Positions 1-11,915 of a stretch of 64,000 nucleotides of DNA are shown in pieces. The first letter of the stretch is position 1, and each line of letters opens with the position of its first letter. Source of the DNA: Mobula birostris (Eukaryota). The stretch is from positions 45,750,699 to 45,814,698 of the forward strand of contig NC_092373.1 in the NCBI RefSeq assembly GCF_030028105.1, in the 5' to 3' direction. Both the position numbers and the translations under genes were made by a program. Below the pieces are notes generated by a model. The model was not told the origin of the DNA, ran no database searches, and saw only the letters and a list, made by a program, of their open reading frames with translations.

Positions 1-1831
1 TGAATATGTTCTGATGATCTAAACACCCACTTGTTTTGTCAAATAGCAGTTTGTTCCAGAGAACAGAATTGGTAGCATAATGCTCTTGCACTGAAATCAC
101 TCCAGAAATGTATTGTACAGAGAAATTCTGTGATAATGTTGTGCTTAACAGTATGGTTAGCATAATTTTTGTGAAATTATTAATAATAGATACCATGGTA
201 AACAAAATTGTTTTCAAAAACTATTACACCTTGAAGTCGGATATTTAGCTACTGATATCTGAATATATGGCTTAGTATTTTGCAGAACTTTAGAAGGAAT
301 TCCATTAAAAATGTTCTTTGTCTAAGGCCTTATTTGCAATTGCTTTCAGTGATACAATCTATAAGCTAGAATTTGGATCCTCTTGGGCCTGTTTGCAATT
401 CTAGGAGGAAGAATACATTTCTGAACTGTTTATTCCCAAGTTGCACAAGGCAAGACAAATGAAAATAAAGTCAAAACATTTCATTCAAATTGTCATTAAC
501 AGTTGTGCGTTCTATTCTAAGAACAGAAACAGTCTGGATTCTCCCAAGAGATGAAGGCCAAATACATAATCTTGATGTCTGACTGGTAGTCAAGAAGCAT
601 CAATTTCAATATCATATTATGAATGTTGGTAAGAATAAAATGTGCAGTGTCATATTTAGTGCCGGTGGAGGCTAAGGTGCTTTGATAGATTATATTTTGT
701 TAGGAAGGGAATATCCATGTTTGTTTTGACAGGAAGGTGTCTGCACTGAATTACAATGTGCATTTGTATATCGAGATGTATCTCTTCCTTCAGTGCCAAA
801 ACTGCTATGCATTTCAATTTTGTTAAAATTAATAAAATGTATTTTTAGAATGCATAGAAGCAATATTTATCATAAGTGCCAACTTTCATAAACAAAATGT
901 AAATCAGATTAATACATAAAATTTGACTGGGTGAGAGTGAATTTATATTTCAAGATCTTTTTTAATTTTTCTCAATGAATAAATAAGGTTAGTATGTATG
1001 TGCAAGTGTGTTCATAGTTGTCACTCTGAAATAATGAAAATTTGGTAGAAGTTCTACGAAGTATTTATATATACAGTATATATTTCTGGATCTTCTCGCA
1101 AGTAGCACATCCCAAAATCATTCGTATCATCCTGAATGGCGCATAATCTCATTTTTAGATTGCAGTCCGCTTGGAGCAGGATGAATCATAAATAAATGAT
1201 GAACTGTATGATGGATCTATTTAGCTTTTTAGACTGCTGCTATTTCATCAGAAATATAATTCAACAAACTCGAGCGTAATTTACTGTGGGGGTCTCCTCT
1301 ACGTGCTCACTACCTTAAAATCACAAGTATGTTTGAAAAGAGTAGGTTCCTGATTTTGAACATCTGGTGCCCAGAGGATATTCCACCTCATTATCACAAA
1401 GCATAGAGATTGCTTTTACTGAAAATCTAAGTGAAAAACTCAGCTCACCATGAAGCATGCCAACTTACTTGGAAAATTGGAGAAACCAGTCAATAAATCA
1501 ATATATAGGAGCTGGTTGAAGTCAAGTCTGAGTTTTAAGAGTCTGAAAAATGTTGGGAGAAGAGAAAACTGATGAGGTTGATTTTTACTCAATTCTTTTC
1601 TCAAATAGAGGTCTTTGAACCTATCACTCTGTCACTACTGGTGTCTGTCGTGATCTTCAAGCAGGTGTAGAACAAAATGTGTGAGTTGGGCTGCTGCTTC
1701 TGCTCCACTGGTCAGGAACACTCCAGTGTTCCACAGAGCAGAATGAATATTTAGCCAAGATAAATTAAATACTGAAAAAAATCTGATTATGTTTCTTCAA
1801 AGTCCATTTGAATGGTTCACTGGTTCAATAA

Positions 1832-2046
1832 GATGGACACCTGACTTCACAATCTACCTCATTATGATCTTGCACCTTTCTGTTTACGTGCACTACGGTT
1901 TCTCTGTAGCTGTTACAATTTACTCTGTACTCGGTTATTGTTTTACCTTGTTCTACCTCGATGCACTGTAGAATGAATTGATCTGTACGAATAGTATCCA
2001 AGACAGGGTAAACTTCTCACTTGATCTCAGTATATGAGACAATAAT
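1832..2046 (+). mobile_element. 3' UTR fragment of a LINE (probably Rex1/Babar)
   Basis: Matches the reverse complement of 33915-34125 (gacttcacaatctacctcattatgatcttgcacc...tgtagctgttaca). Confidence 0.55.
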
Positions 2047-3232
2047 GGTCCAATTCCAATTGTTAAGTTTTTCCAAATACATTTTATTATTATTGTTAAT
2101 AACAATAACAACATTTTTGGAGCACTTTTCATACAGACAATGCAGTTCAAAGTGTTTTTTCAAAGGGATAAAATGCAAACATGAAAATAAAATACACATA
2201 CAAGTTGCTGGTGAACACTGCAGGCCAGGTGGCATCTATAGGAAGAGATACAGTCGACGTCTCGGGCGGAGACCCTTCGTCAGGACTAACTGAAAGAAGA
2301 GATAGTAAGAGATTTGAAAGTGGGAAGGGGAGGGCACGATCTGAAATGATAGGAGAAGGTAGGAAAGGGAGAGATGAAGCTAAGAGCTGGAAAGTTGATT
2401 GCAAAACGGATATGAGAGGATCATGGGACGGGAGGTCTAGGGAAAAGAAAGGGGGAGGGGGGAAGCCCAGAGGATGGGCAAGGAGTATAGTGAGAGGGAC
2501 AAAGGGAGAAAACGAGAAAAAAAATGTATATTAATAATAAATAAATAACGAATGGGGTACGAAGGGGAGGTGGGGCATTAACGGAAGATAGAGAAGTCAA
2601 TGTTCATGCCATCAGGTTGGAGGCTACCCAGACGGAATATAAGGTGTTGTTCCTTCAACCTCAGTGTGGCTTCACCTTGACAGTAGAGGAGGCCGTGGAT
2701 AGACATGTCAGAATAGGAATGGGATGTGGAATTAAAATGTGTGGCCACTGGGAGATCCTGCTTTCTCTGGAGGATAGAGCGTAGGTGTTCAGTGAAACGG
2801 TCTCCCAACCTGCGTCGGGTCTTGTCAATATATAAAAGGCCGCACCGGGAGCACTGGACGCAGTATATCACCCCAGCCGACTCACAGGTGAAGTGTCGCC
2901 TCACCTGGAAGGACTGTCTGGGGCACTGAATGGTGGTGAGGGAGGAAGTGTAAGGGCATGTGTAGCACTTGCTCCGCTTGCATTTGAAAAAAGGCTTCCC
3001 TTCCTCCACCATCAACTCTGCTCTCAAACGCAACTCTGCATTTCACGCACATCTGCTCTCACCCCATCCTCCCGCCACCCCACTAGGAATAGGGTTCCCC
3101 TTGTCCTCACCTACCACCCCACCAGCCTCCGGGTCCAACATATAATTCTCCGTAACTTCCGCCACCTCCAACGGGATCCCACTACTAAGCACATCTTTCC
3201 CTCACCCCCCCCCCCCCCGCTTTCTGCAGGGA

Positions 3233-3715
3233 TTGCTCCCTACGCGACTCCCCTGTCTATTTGTCCCCCCCCAATCCCTCCCCACCGATCTCCCTCCCGG
3301 CACTTATCCTTGTAAGTGGAACAAGTGCTACACATGCCCTTACACTTCCTCCCTCACCGCCATTCAAGGCCCCAGACAGTCCTTCCAGGTGAGGCGACAC
3401 TTCACCTGTGAGTCGGCTGGGGTGATATACTGCGTCCAGTGCTCTCGATGTGGCCTTCTATATATTGGCGAGACCCGACACAGGCTGGGAGACCGTTTTG
3501 CTGAACACCTATGCTCTGTCCGCCAGAAAAAGCAGGATCTCCCAGTGGCCACATATTTTAATTCCACGTCCCATTCCAATTCTGATATGTCTATCCACAG
3601 CCTCCTCTACTGTCAAGATGAAGCCACACTCAGGTTGGAGGAACAACACCTTATATTCCGTCTGGGTAGCCTCCAACCTGATGGCATGAACATTGACTTC
3701 TCAAACTTCCGCTAA
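3233..3715 (+). pseudogene. PLE GIY-YIG endonuclease domain remnant
   Basis: Cys-rich linker CYTC...HFTC followed by VIYC..C..C..LYIGET and a conserved EEQ; 5' truncated. Confidence 0.85.
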
Positions 3716-3998
3716 CACCCCACCTCCCCCTCGTACCCCATCCATTATTTATTTATATACACACATTCTTTTTCTCCCTCTGTCCCTCTCACTAAACCTT
3801 TTGCCCAACCTCTGGGTTTTCCCCCCTCCCCCTTTTCCTTCTCCCTGGGCCTCCTGTCCCATGATCCTCTCATATCCCTTTTGCCAATCACCTGTCCAGC
3901 TCTTGGCTGCATCCCTCCCCCTCCTGTCTTCTCCTATCATTTTGGATCTCCCCCTCCCCCTCCCACTTTCAAATCTCTTACTAGCTCTTCCTTCAGTT

Positions 3999-4034
3999 AG
4001 TCCTGACGAAGGGTCTCGGCCCCAAACGTCGACT
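3999..4034 (+). ncRNA. Hammerhead motif, core-mutated (GAAA>CAAA)
   Basis: agtcctgacgaagggtctcggccccaaacgtcgact. Other core-mutated copies lie at 2252-2287 (minus, GAGA) and 51327-51362 (minus, CUGGCGA). Confidence 0.6.
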
Positions 4035-4149
4035 GTACCTCTTCCTATAGATGCTGCCTGGCCTGCTGTGTTCACCAGCAATTTTTATGTGCGTTGCTTG
4101 AAATTCCAGCATCTGCAGATTTCCTCATGTTCGCGTATGAAAATAAAAT

Positions 4150-5580
4150 GAGGTTAGTTAAAAGCAAGGTTTAATAACTAGGTTTTGAGCTGTTGTTTAA
4201 AAGTGTCAACTGAGTCTACATCCCTTATATTTTCAGATATTGAATTCCACAGTTTCGGAGCATGGTTCAGACAATCTGACCTGACAATTTTCTTTTGAGG
4301 GAGATGGTTTATATTTAAGAGTCTGCCAGAAGAAGACGAGAGCTTGAGCAGGATTATAAAACAAAAGTGATTCTGTGATGTACTTCAGTCCCAGACCATT
4401 GAGAATTTAAAAAACAAGTAGGAAGACTTTAAAATCAATTCTAAAAGATACAGGAAGCCAATTCAGAGTAGCTAGGATGGGAGTGATATGCTCCCTCATT
4501 CTGGTTTTAAGTCTAGTAATGGTGTCCTGATTGAGTTGAAGTTTGTCAATGGATTGCTTTGGAAGGCCAGTAACAAATGCATTGCAGTAATCTAATCCAT
4601 TTGATATGAAGGCACCAATTAGTTTTTCAGCATTATTACTTGACAGAAACAGATGTACCTTTGAAGTGTAGAAATGCTGCACTGCACACTCTCATTATGT
4701 AGGATTTGAATTTCAAATCTGCATCAAGGATAAAATGCACGCTTGTTACTTCCAACTGTGCAAGGGGAACCAAGTTCCCAAGCTTATCAAAATGTTATCC
4801 CTTTTGGCTTTGGAACCAACCAAAAGTATTTCAGTTTTATCTTTATTTAGTTTTAGGAAATGATTGCTCATCCATTTATTTATTGCAGCCATACCAGAAG
4901 TCAGAAAAGATAGGGTGTTATCATCATCAGGCTCAACTGAGACATACAATTGTGTCATCTACATAACTATGGAAATCAAGTTTATGCTCTTTAGTGATGT
5001 CTCCTAAGGGGAGCATGTCTAAAGAGAAGAGTAGGGAACCAAGACAGCTTCCCTGAGCAAAACCAAAAGGTCTATCGTATCTCTTAAAAAATTGGTCTCT
5101 GAAACAGAAAAAGAATTTTATCTCTAAGATATATGAGAAACCAATTATGGGCACTACCAAATAGGCCAACCCAGTTCTCAAGGTGCTCTGGGTGAATGTT
5201 GCGGTCAATTGCATCGAAGGCAGTACTTAGATCTAGGAGAATTAGAACTGAGATCCTGTTGGCATCAGTGCTGAGTCTAAGGTCGCTGATAATGTTGATA
5301 AGAGCTGTCTCCATGCTGTCGTTTGCTCTAAAATCTGACTGAAGCTTTTCTAGAATGTTGTTCTCAGTCAGAAATTTCTTGAGTTGGTTGAACATGACTT
5401 TCTCAAGAACCTTGTCCAGACAGGGAAGATTTGATATAGGCCTATAATTAGCTAGTACCTCAAGATTTGCATTTTTAAGTCAAGTTTTGACAGCCACAAT
5501 TTTGAAGGCATCTTAAGAAACTCCAATTTCAAGAGATATACTAATAATTTTACTAACAGAATTGAAAACATGATTAAAAT
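4150..5580 (-). mobile_element. L2-clade LINE, 5' truncated and degenerate; its 3' tail continues at ~2095-2193 on the other side of the PLE
   Basis: Minus-strand peptides LILLDLSTAFDAID, FAQGSCLGSLLF, FHSYVDDT, FLKLNKDKTEILLVG and HITPILATLNWLPVSFRIDFK are typical of L2 RT. The L2-type tail cactttgaactgcatt...gtatgaaaagtgct lies at 2120-2155 (minus). Confidence 0.85.
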
Positions 5581-7794
5581 AGTTCTTCAGAAGTGTGGTA
5601 AGGACTCTTACTTGATTTCAGAAAATTATATATAGCAGATGTTAATCCCATAATGCTTCACTTTCCTTAAGAGTTTAGTTTAAGAGAGGGACCACTTGAA
5701 TTCCAAAACACAACTTATATGTCTGTGTGCACTTCATCAGCATGATGAGAGGGATGGTTATTCTTGGTTATAAGAATAGCAAAAGGATGTATCTTTGGGC
5801 CCAAATGAAAATAAAATCATTTGCATTCATTTTATGTATTTCAATATCCTTTAATTAAGATATTGGCAAAATTGAAGAGAAGATCCACAAAAATGTAGGG
5901 ATATTTGAGAAATGCTACAATTGGAAAACTTTGAGCAGATTGTTTTGTTCCCTCTGGAACATAGAAAATGAAGCAACGGGAAAGCTACCACTTCCTTAAT
6001 AAATCCCTTAAGAGGTTAACCACTTAAAGGTTAGGGCCAACTTTTGTATTATATGGCTCAAGACCAATGATGTTTTCTCGTTAGAATTACTGTCAAGATA
6101 AATCACATTCACTCTCCTTTTACTCTACATTCGGATCTTCAATGCAATGACTGAAGACATTGATCAGCCCTTCAATCTCTCTGTTTGTTTTCAGAAGAAA
6201 CTTATTTCTGGAGCACTTATTAGTTCCAGCACAACGATAGGAAAGTACAGGGAGATGTGACTCTTCTCAAAAGAACTTAAAATTGCATTTCTTGAAAACT
6301 TATATTAAAAAGAGGCAAAAGTTTAACATAGAACGTAGAACAGTAAAAGAGAAAATGATGAAAATATTCAAGTTGTTCTGCGGAGAGACAAACAGAAAGT
6401 TATTATTTTGGACCAACGATTTTCCATTGGAACTGAAGTGGTGTCAACCACCTGATGTTCAAGCAGCTGAGAGTATGGTAGCAGGAAGTTACAAAGTCTT
6501 CTAAATAGATCGCTTGAGTTGGAAGACAGTGGCAGATGGAGATCAATAAGCAGTTTGAGGCCATTCACTCTGGTTTTTGGAAAAAAATTAATTTTGAAGG
6601 ACTAGAAGTTAAGACTAAACAGAGCAAGCAGGTGTGCATAAACAAAAATAGGTAATTAAGTGTCGCCCCCTTAACTCAAAAGAGCTTGGATACAAAAGAG
6701 AAAAGGTAAAGTTCATCTGGAATAATCATCGCATTCTGAGTAGGGAAGCTCAGGAAGGGGTGTATTGATCTTGGAGGCTTAGAGCATTGTTTCACTGGAA
6801 TAATAACAAGGCTGAAAGGGCTTAATATAAGAACCAGGTGTATGAACTTATTTTGAAAGGATATTCTAATTTGTGGTGTTGCAAGCTGTAAAGGGATCTT
6901 CAGACCCTTCCAACCTGCTCTCCCAAACAGCATCAATACTGTTGGCTGAACTTCAAGCAATCCACAGCTCCTTCTTAGGGAACTTTCGTTGCCATTTGTT
7001 GAAAACTGTCCACATCCATTCTCTTCTCTGCTATGTAGTTGATGCCACAACCTATTCTATCCAGCCAACCTCTTTGAGAGAGTTTTGGAGTGCTTATTTC
7101 TGACATAGGTGTTATGTAGTTACTGAAGGAATTGCCTGAAGTTGACTGCGAGAATTGGCATTTGAGAATGGTTCACATTACTGCTGTGCCTTTCAATTGA
7201 CTTGAATTCAAAAGTAACACTAAACAGAACAATGATATTGCGCAGTGCACAACTTATCTGGTAACCTAGAGATGCGTCACAGCCATCAAATGTCTGAGCA
7301 AACTTGTCAAAATTGTCCAGTGGATGTTTATTTTCAAAGTGGCAAAACACATTCTGATAGTTTTGAAAGCAAAAACATTTTACGTTTCTTCCTCATCATA
7401 TCATCTTGGTTAAAATGTAATTATTGTTACAATGATTACACTTTAGAATAAGTAAATTATTAACTTCTATTGCCAATCAGAGGTTTTAATATATAGCTTC
7501 ATTTGAGATGCCAGTTCTAATTAGTTTGTAGTGAAGTTGATAAAAATCAGAAGGAAATAATGCCTGGGATGTAATAGACTCCTGAAGCTGAAGTGAGGTT
7601 GCATTGATTACTCAATAAAATACCACTTTACTATCCTGATGGCCATGAAAGCAGTTCATCTGTACCGAAGTGGCCTGTTTTGTTTAAAGTCAAAAGCTTC
7701 TGTTTATTGTTACAGGAATTTGGAAAGTGAGCATTCAATCTTTTCACCTTCAACCTATCTGGAATTTCCAGCAGATTTCTAATGACAGAGAACA

Positions 7795-8061
7795 ATTTTA
7801 TTTAGAGTTGCAGCATAGAACAGGCCCTTCTGGCTCACCGAGGCGCATTGCGCAGCAAGCAACCAACTAACCCGAGCCTAACTAACCTACTAACTGATAC
7901 GTCGTTGGATTGTGGGAGGAAAGCTGACCACAGGAGGAAACCCATGTGCACATGGGAAGGAACATACAAAGTTGTGTATAGAGGACATCAGAATTCAACT
8001 CTGAACTCCAATGCCCTGAGCTGTAATAGTGTCACCTAAGCACTTTGCTACCGAAGCACCC
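7795..8061 (-). mobile_element. V-SINE / HE1-like tRNA-derived SINE
   Basis: On minus: tRNA-like head, central tgggtttcctcc...tttcctcccaca V-domain-like motif, and CR1-like tail gggcctgtt..tgctg..tctaaataaa. Confidence 0.7.
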
Positions 8062-8340
8062 ACAAGTTTGAGCAGGTGACTGAAATACCTGAAATGGATT
8101 CTTGTACAGTTCTGGGTCAAAGGAATTGAATGCGACAGATCTAGCCCTCAGAGGGCTGCGAATTTCCTGGTTCATCCACAGCTTTTGCTTTGTATATGTC
8201 CAGTATGTTCTTGATGAAGTCACTCACCCACACAGGTCTTGATGAAGTCCGTGACAACTGTGGTATATTAATTCAAATTCGAAGATGAATTCATGAACAT
8301 CATCTAGTCCACCAATTCAAAACAGTCCTGTAAGTGCTCC
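8062..8340 (-). mobile_element. Rex1/Babar LINE fragment
   Basis: Peptide QKLWMNQEIRSPLRARSVAFNSFDPELYK resembles the Rex1/Babar inter-domain region. Confidence 0.6.
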
Positions 8341-8344
8341 TTCA

Positions 8345-9392
8345 TCTCCCAAAGCAGTGCTGTATGCACTCCTCTGCCTCCATCCCACAAGCCTCCTCAT
8401 TTACCAAATCATTCTCTGCAATTTCCACTATCTCTAACACTATTCCACAGGCAGGCTCATCTTCCCTGTCCCTCCCCTATCCACATTCTACAGGGACTGC
8501 TGTCTCTGTGACTCCCTTGACTGTTTGTCCCTCACCACCAATTCCACTCTAGGCGCTTATCATTGTACCAAGCTAAGTGTTGCCGCTGTTCATACACCTC
8601 CTCTCTTACCAGTATTTAGGGCCCCAAACAATCCTTTCAGATGAGGCAGTTCTTCACTTGTGTCAGCTATTGAATCTAGTGCCTCTGGTGTGGCATCCTT
8701 ATTTGGTGAGTCCCAATGCAGATTGGGAGATTGCTTCATGAGCATCTCTGCTCCAACTAATGTAACTGATAGGATCTCCTGGTAGCCAGCAATTTTAACA
8801 CCATTTTCCATTCCCTCATCAACAAACTTGTCCACAGCCTCCTCAACTGCCAAGCTGAGCCCAGATGCAGATTAGAGGATCAGCACCTCATATCCTACCT
8901 TGGTAGTCTCCAACCGAGTGGCATGAAAGTCTATTTCTCAAACTACCAGTGACCACTCCCCTTTGATCTCCTTTGCTTTCTCTTATCCCACTAGGCCTGA
9001 TGCACTTCTCACCCCTCTTCTACCTCTCATTCTGCTCATCACTCATATATTCCTCTCTTCAGTTCTCCTCTCCAACTCCTTCCCTACTCTCCTTTCCTGT
9101 CAAATTCTATCTTCTTCAGCCCTTTGTCATTTCCAGCTATCTCCACAAAGCTTCTCACGTCATTTATATTCCCCTCAACCACTTCCACCTCACCTGGATT
9201 CACCTTCCAGGTCTCACTCCACACCCTTCACTGGCTATTCATATTGGCTTTCTCTCCTACTTCTTTTCAGTCTTAAAGAAATATTTTGACACTAGTTATC
9301 AGCTGTCAATTTCCCTCCATAGATGCAGCCTGACCTGGTGAGTTCTCCAGAATTATGTGTATCAGTCCATCTGCAGTCTTTCTTGAATCTCC
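8345..9392 (+). mobile_element. Old degenerate Penelope-like element 3' half
   Basis: Colinear, diverged similarity to 3040-4120 (ggtgtggcatccttatttggtgag; gtagtctccaacc..tggcatgaa; atagatgcagcctgacctg). Confidence 0.75.
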
Positions 9393-10170
9393 AAAGGTTA
9401 ATATTAGATGAATAAAGGCCTGAATTGTTACCATATTTTAAGACGATGACTAATTGAAGAATTTTATGTCAAAATTAATACTCGAGTAAGAAGGTAAAGA
9501 GTCAGTCAGATGTAGAATCATAGAGTAATACAAGAATACAGTATGTGAATAGACCTTTGGGCATTTTGAGTTCACACCCCTCCCACAAAATGGTAAATTA
9601 CAAATAAGACCTTTGAATCTGTGTGAGCTTTGATTTTGATTGTAGCAGTCACTAAGATGGCCACAGAATGGAACTTCATTACGACTGTCTTCTCTGGTGT
9701 CATGGTCCGGTCCGTGAAGTCTGTATTCCGGTTCACGGTCAGGTCCATCGACCCTTGCTCCAGGTTTTCCTGTTTACCCTGTTTCTGTTCTTGTTTAGCT
9801 CTAATTGAGGCAGCTGATGCTCATTGGGGCTGGCTGCATAAATACCTCCAGAGACCAGGGCGTGGTTGCTGGATTGTTCTTGTCCTTACTCCTTGTATCC
9901 CTTCCTCGGCCTTCTGTTTCCTCGCCTGAAGCCCTGTTTTGTCTTGGCGGTAACTCTCGCCTCGCCTGAAGTTCTCGTCTCGCCTTGCATTGCCTGAAGC
10001 CTTGCCTTGTCTTGCTGGTAACTCTCGCCTTGTCTCGCCTGCAGTCTTGTCCTGGAGTCACCCTGTACCTAGCTCCCTTCCTGTCCCTTGCCTCCGCCCG
10101 GGTAAGCCAGGCCGTCCTGCTGTTACCTGCGGTTGGTTCTGCCCCTTCCTGTCCCTTGCCTCTGTCAGAT

Positions 10171-10292
10171 GGTGATCCGCGCCCTGCCTAGGAGTACTGC
10201 ACCCTGCCCAGGTGATCCGCGCCCTGCCCAGGTGATCTGCGCCCTGCCCGGGAGTACCGCGCCCTGCCAAGGTGAACCGCACCCTGCCCTGG
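10171..10292. repeat. 20-bp tandem array, about 6 copies (ggtgatccgcgccctgccca / ggagtaccgcgccctgcc variants)
   Basis: Read directly from the sequence. Confidence 0.9.
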
Positions 10293-10296
10293 AGGA

Positions 10297-10598
10297 GCCT
10301 GCCTAGCCTCAAGCCTGAAGACTCCAGCCTCCTGCCTAGCCTCAAGCCTGAAGACTTCAGCCTCCTGCCTAGCCTCAAGCCTAAAGACTCCAGCCTCCTG
10401 CCTAGCCTCAAGCCTGAAGACTCCAGCCTCCTGCCTAGCCTCAAGCCTAAAGACTCCAGCCTCCTGCCTAGCCTCAAGCCTGAAGACTGCAGCCTCCTGC
10501 CTAGCCTCAAGCCTAAAGACTCCAGCCTCCTGCCTAGCCTCAAGCCTGAACACTGCAGCCTCCTGCCTAGCCTCAAGCCTGAAGTCTCCAGCCTCCTG
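10297..10598. repeat. 33-bp minisatellite, about 9 copies (ctccagcctcctgcctagcctcaagcctgaaga)
   Basis: Read directly; gives the 11-aa periodicity SSLLPSLKPED / SSGLRLGRRLE in the ORF track. Confidence 0.93.
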
Positions 10599-11245
10599 CC
10601 TCCTGCCGAGTCTCACCTCAAGTCTCTAGCCTCCTGCCTCCTGCCAAGCCTCACCTCAAGTCTCTGGCCTCTAGCCTCAAGCCTCAAGTCTCCAGCCTCC
10701 TCCCTCCTGCCGAGTCTTGCCTCAGGTCTCTAGCCTCCTGCCTCCTGCCAAGCCTCGCCTCAAGTCTCTGGCCTCAAGCCTCAAGTCTCCAGCCTCCTCC
10801 CTCCTGCTGAGTCTTGCCTCAGGTCTCCAGTCTCCTGCCTCCTGCAAAGCCTTGCCTCAAGTCTCTGGCCTCTAGCCTCAAGCCTCAAGTCTCCAGCCTC
10901 CTCCCTCTTGCCGAGTCTTGCCTCAGGTCTCTAGCCTCCTGCCTCCTGCCAAGCAAGCAAGCTTGAGGCGAGGCTTGGCAGGAGGCTAGAGACTTGAGGC
11001 TTGAGGCTAGAGTTTCTAGCCTCAAGCCTTAAGTCTCTAGCCTCCTGCCAATCCTCACCTCAAGTCGCCTACCTCCTGCCAAACCTCGCCTCAAGTCTCT
11101 AGCCTGCCAATCCTCACCTCAAGTCTCTAGCCTCCTACCAAGCCTCGCCTCTAGTCTCCTGCCTGCTGCAAAGCCTCGCCTCAAGTTTCCTGCTTCCTGC
11201 CAAGCCTCGTCTGTAGTTTCCTGCCTCCTGCCAAGCCTCGCCTCT
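10599..11245. repeat. Degenerate higher-order array built from gcctcctgcc / cctcaagtctc modules, containing a local inversion at 10962-11011
   Basis: About 100-bp superunits recur at ~10620-10950, and ~30-bp units follow. Confidence 0.8.
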
Positions 11246-11892
11246 ATTCTCTAAGACTCCAGCCTCGTCCTGCCTGCCAGCCAAACCTCGTCCTTGCCTG
11301 GTTCTGGGGTCTGAGCCAGAGGCAAGACTGAGGTACTGGGTCCTTGTCCAGTCTCTGGCTCGGAGTCCAAGCCCGGGCTCCTAGCTTTTTTGTCCAGCCC
11401 TGTTCCGGCTTCCTGGTTTTCCTGTCCATGTCCTTGCCATCGCCCTGTATCCTAGTCCTGTCCCTAGTACTTCAATGTCTGTGTCTTGCACTTGGGTCCG
11501 TTCCCAGCCACCGCCTTATGACATCTGGTCATTCATGCTGTTAGACCTATCTGACAGGAATCCATTTCAATTCTTACATTTCTAGTCAATGCATTAAATA
11601 GGAATGCTATTGCATTCCTGAGAGACAAAAGGACTCTTGCCATGCAAAACTTCCTCACCCAACCCAGCCCCTTCCTGACATGTAGCTGAAGAACCCTTCA
11701 TAGTGTTCATTTGGTGTCTGGACCAAGGTTCAGTGCATCCCCAATGTGTACTTCTGCAGCCTGGAATGTGCCAGTTGGCAGAACTCCTCTATGGACATCT
11801 CAATGTGTTGGCAGACTAACGGTTTTTTTTTTACAAACCAGAGAGCATCTTTCTCTGAATTGATGATCTACTAGCAATACTTGATGTCCATC

Positions 11893-11915
11893 TGTGTGTG
11901 TGTGTGTGTGTGTGT
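11893..11915. repeat. (TG)n microsatellite
   Basis: About 11 TG units. Confidence 0.95.

Larger units (their letters stand above)
2194..4136. mobile_element. Penelope-like element (family A), inverted two-armed insertion: minus arm 2194-~2982, plus arm ~2983-4136
   Basis: Both arms encode the GIY-YIG C-terminus (VIYCVQCSRCGLLYIGET...EHL...EEQHLIFRLGSLQPDGMN; ORFs 2578..3033 - and 3233..3715 +) followed by the pLTR. 13-bp TSD atgaaaataaaat at 2181-2193 and 4137-4149. Confidence 0.93.
9698..11523 (+). mobile_element. Solo LTR (Gypsy-type), expanded by internal tandem repeats
   Basis: Termini TGTCAT...ATGACA; exact 5-bp TSD tctgg at 9693-9697 and 11524-11528; both ends homologous to 37374-38375. 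Strand assignment is tentative (cataaata TATA-like at ~9837). Confidence 0.88.

Noticed and set aside
1159-1191. Possible terminal exon (tttttag|IAVRLEQDES*)
   Set aside because: Too short to assess, the peptide is unrecognised, and no upstream partner exon was identified.
3693-4151. Recurrent peptide family ...VSPDEGSRPETST... and its antisense MLVNAAGQAAS...
   Set aside because: These are translations of the non-coding pLTR and hammerhead in several copies, not a gene family.
10058-10733. Repetitive ORFs (LRLGRRLESSG, FRLEARQEAGV, SLLPSLKPED) as a repeat protein, or the array as a CRISPR
   Set aside because: They are a by-product of a 33-bp (multiple of 3) minisatellite inside an LTR. There are no unique spacers and no cas genes, and the context is eukaryotic.
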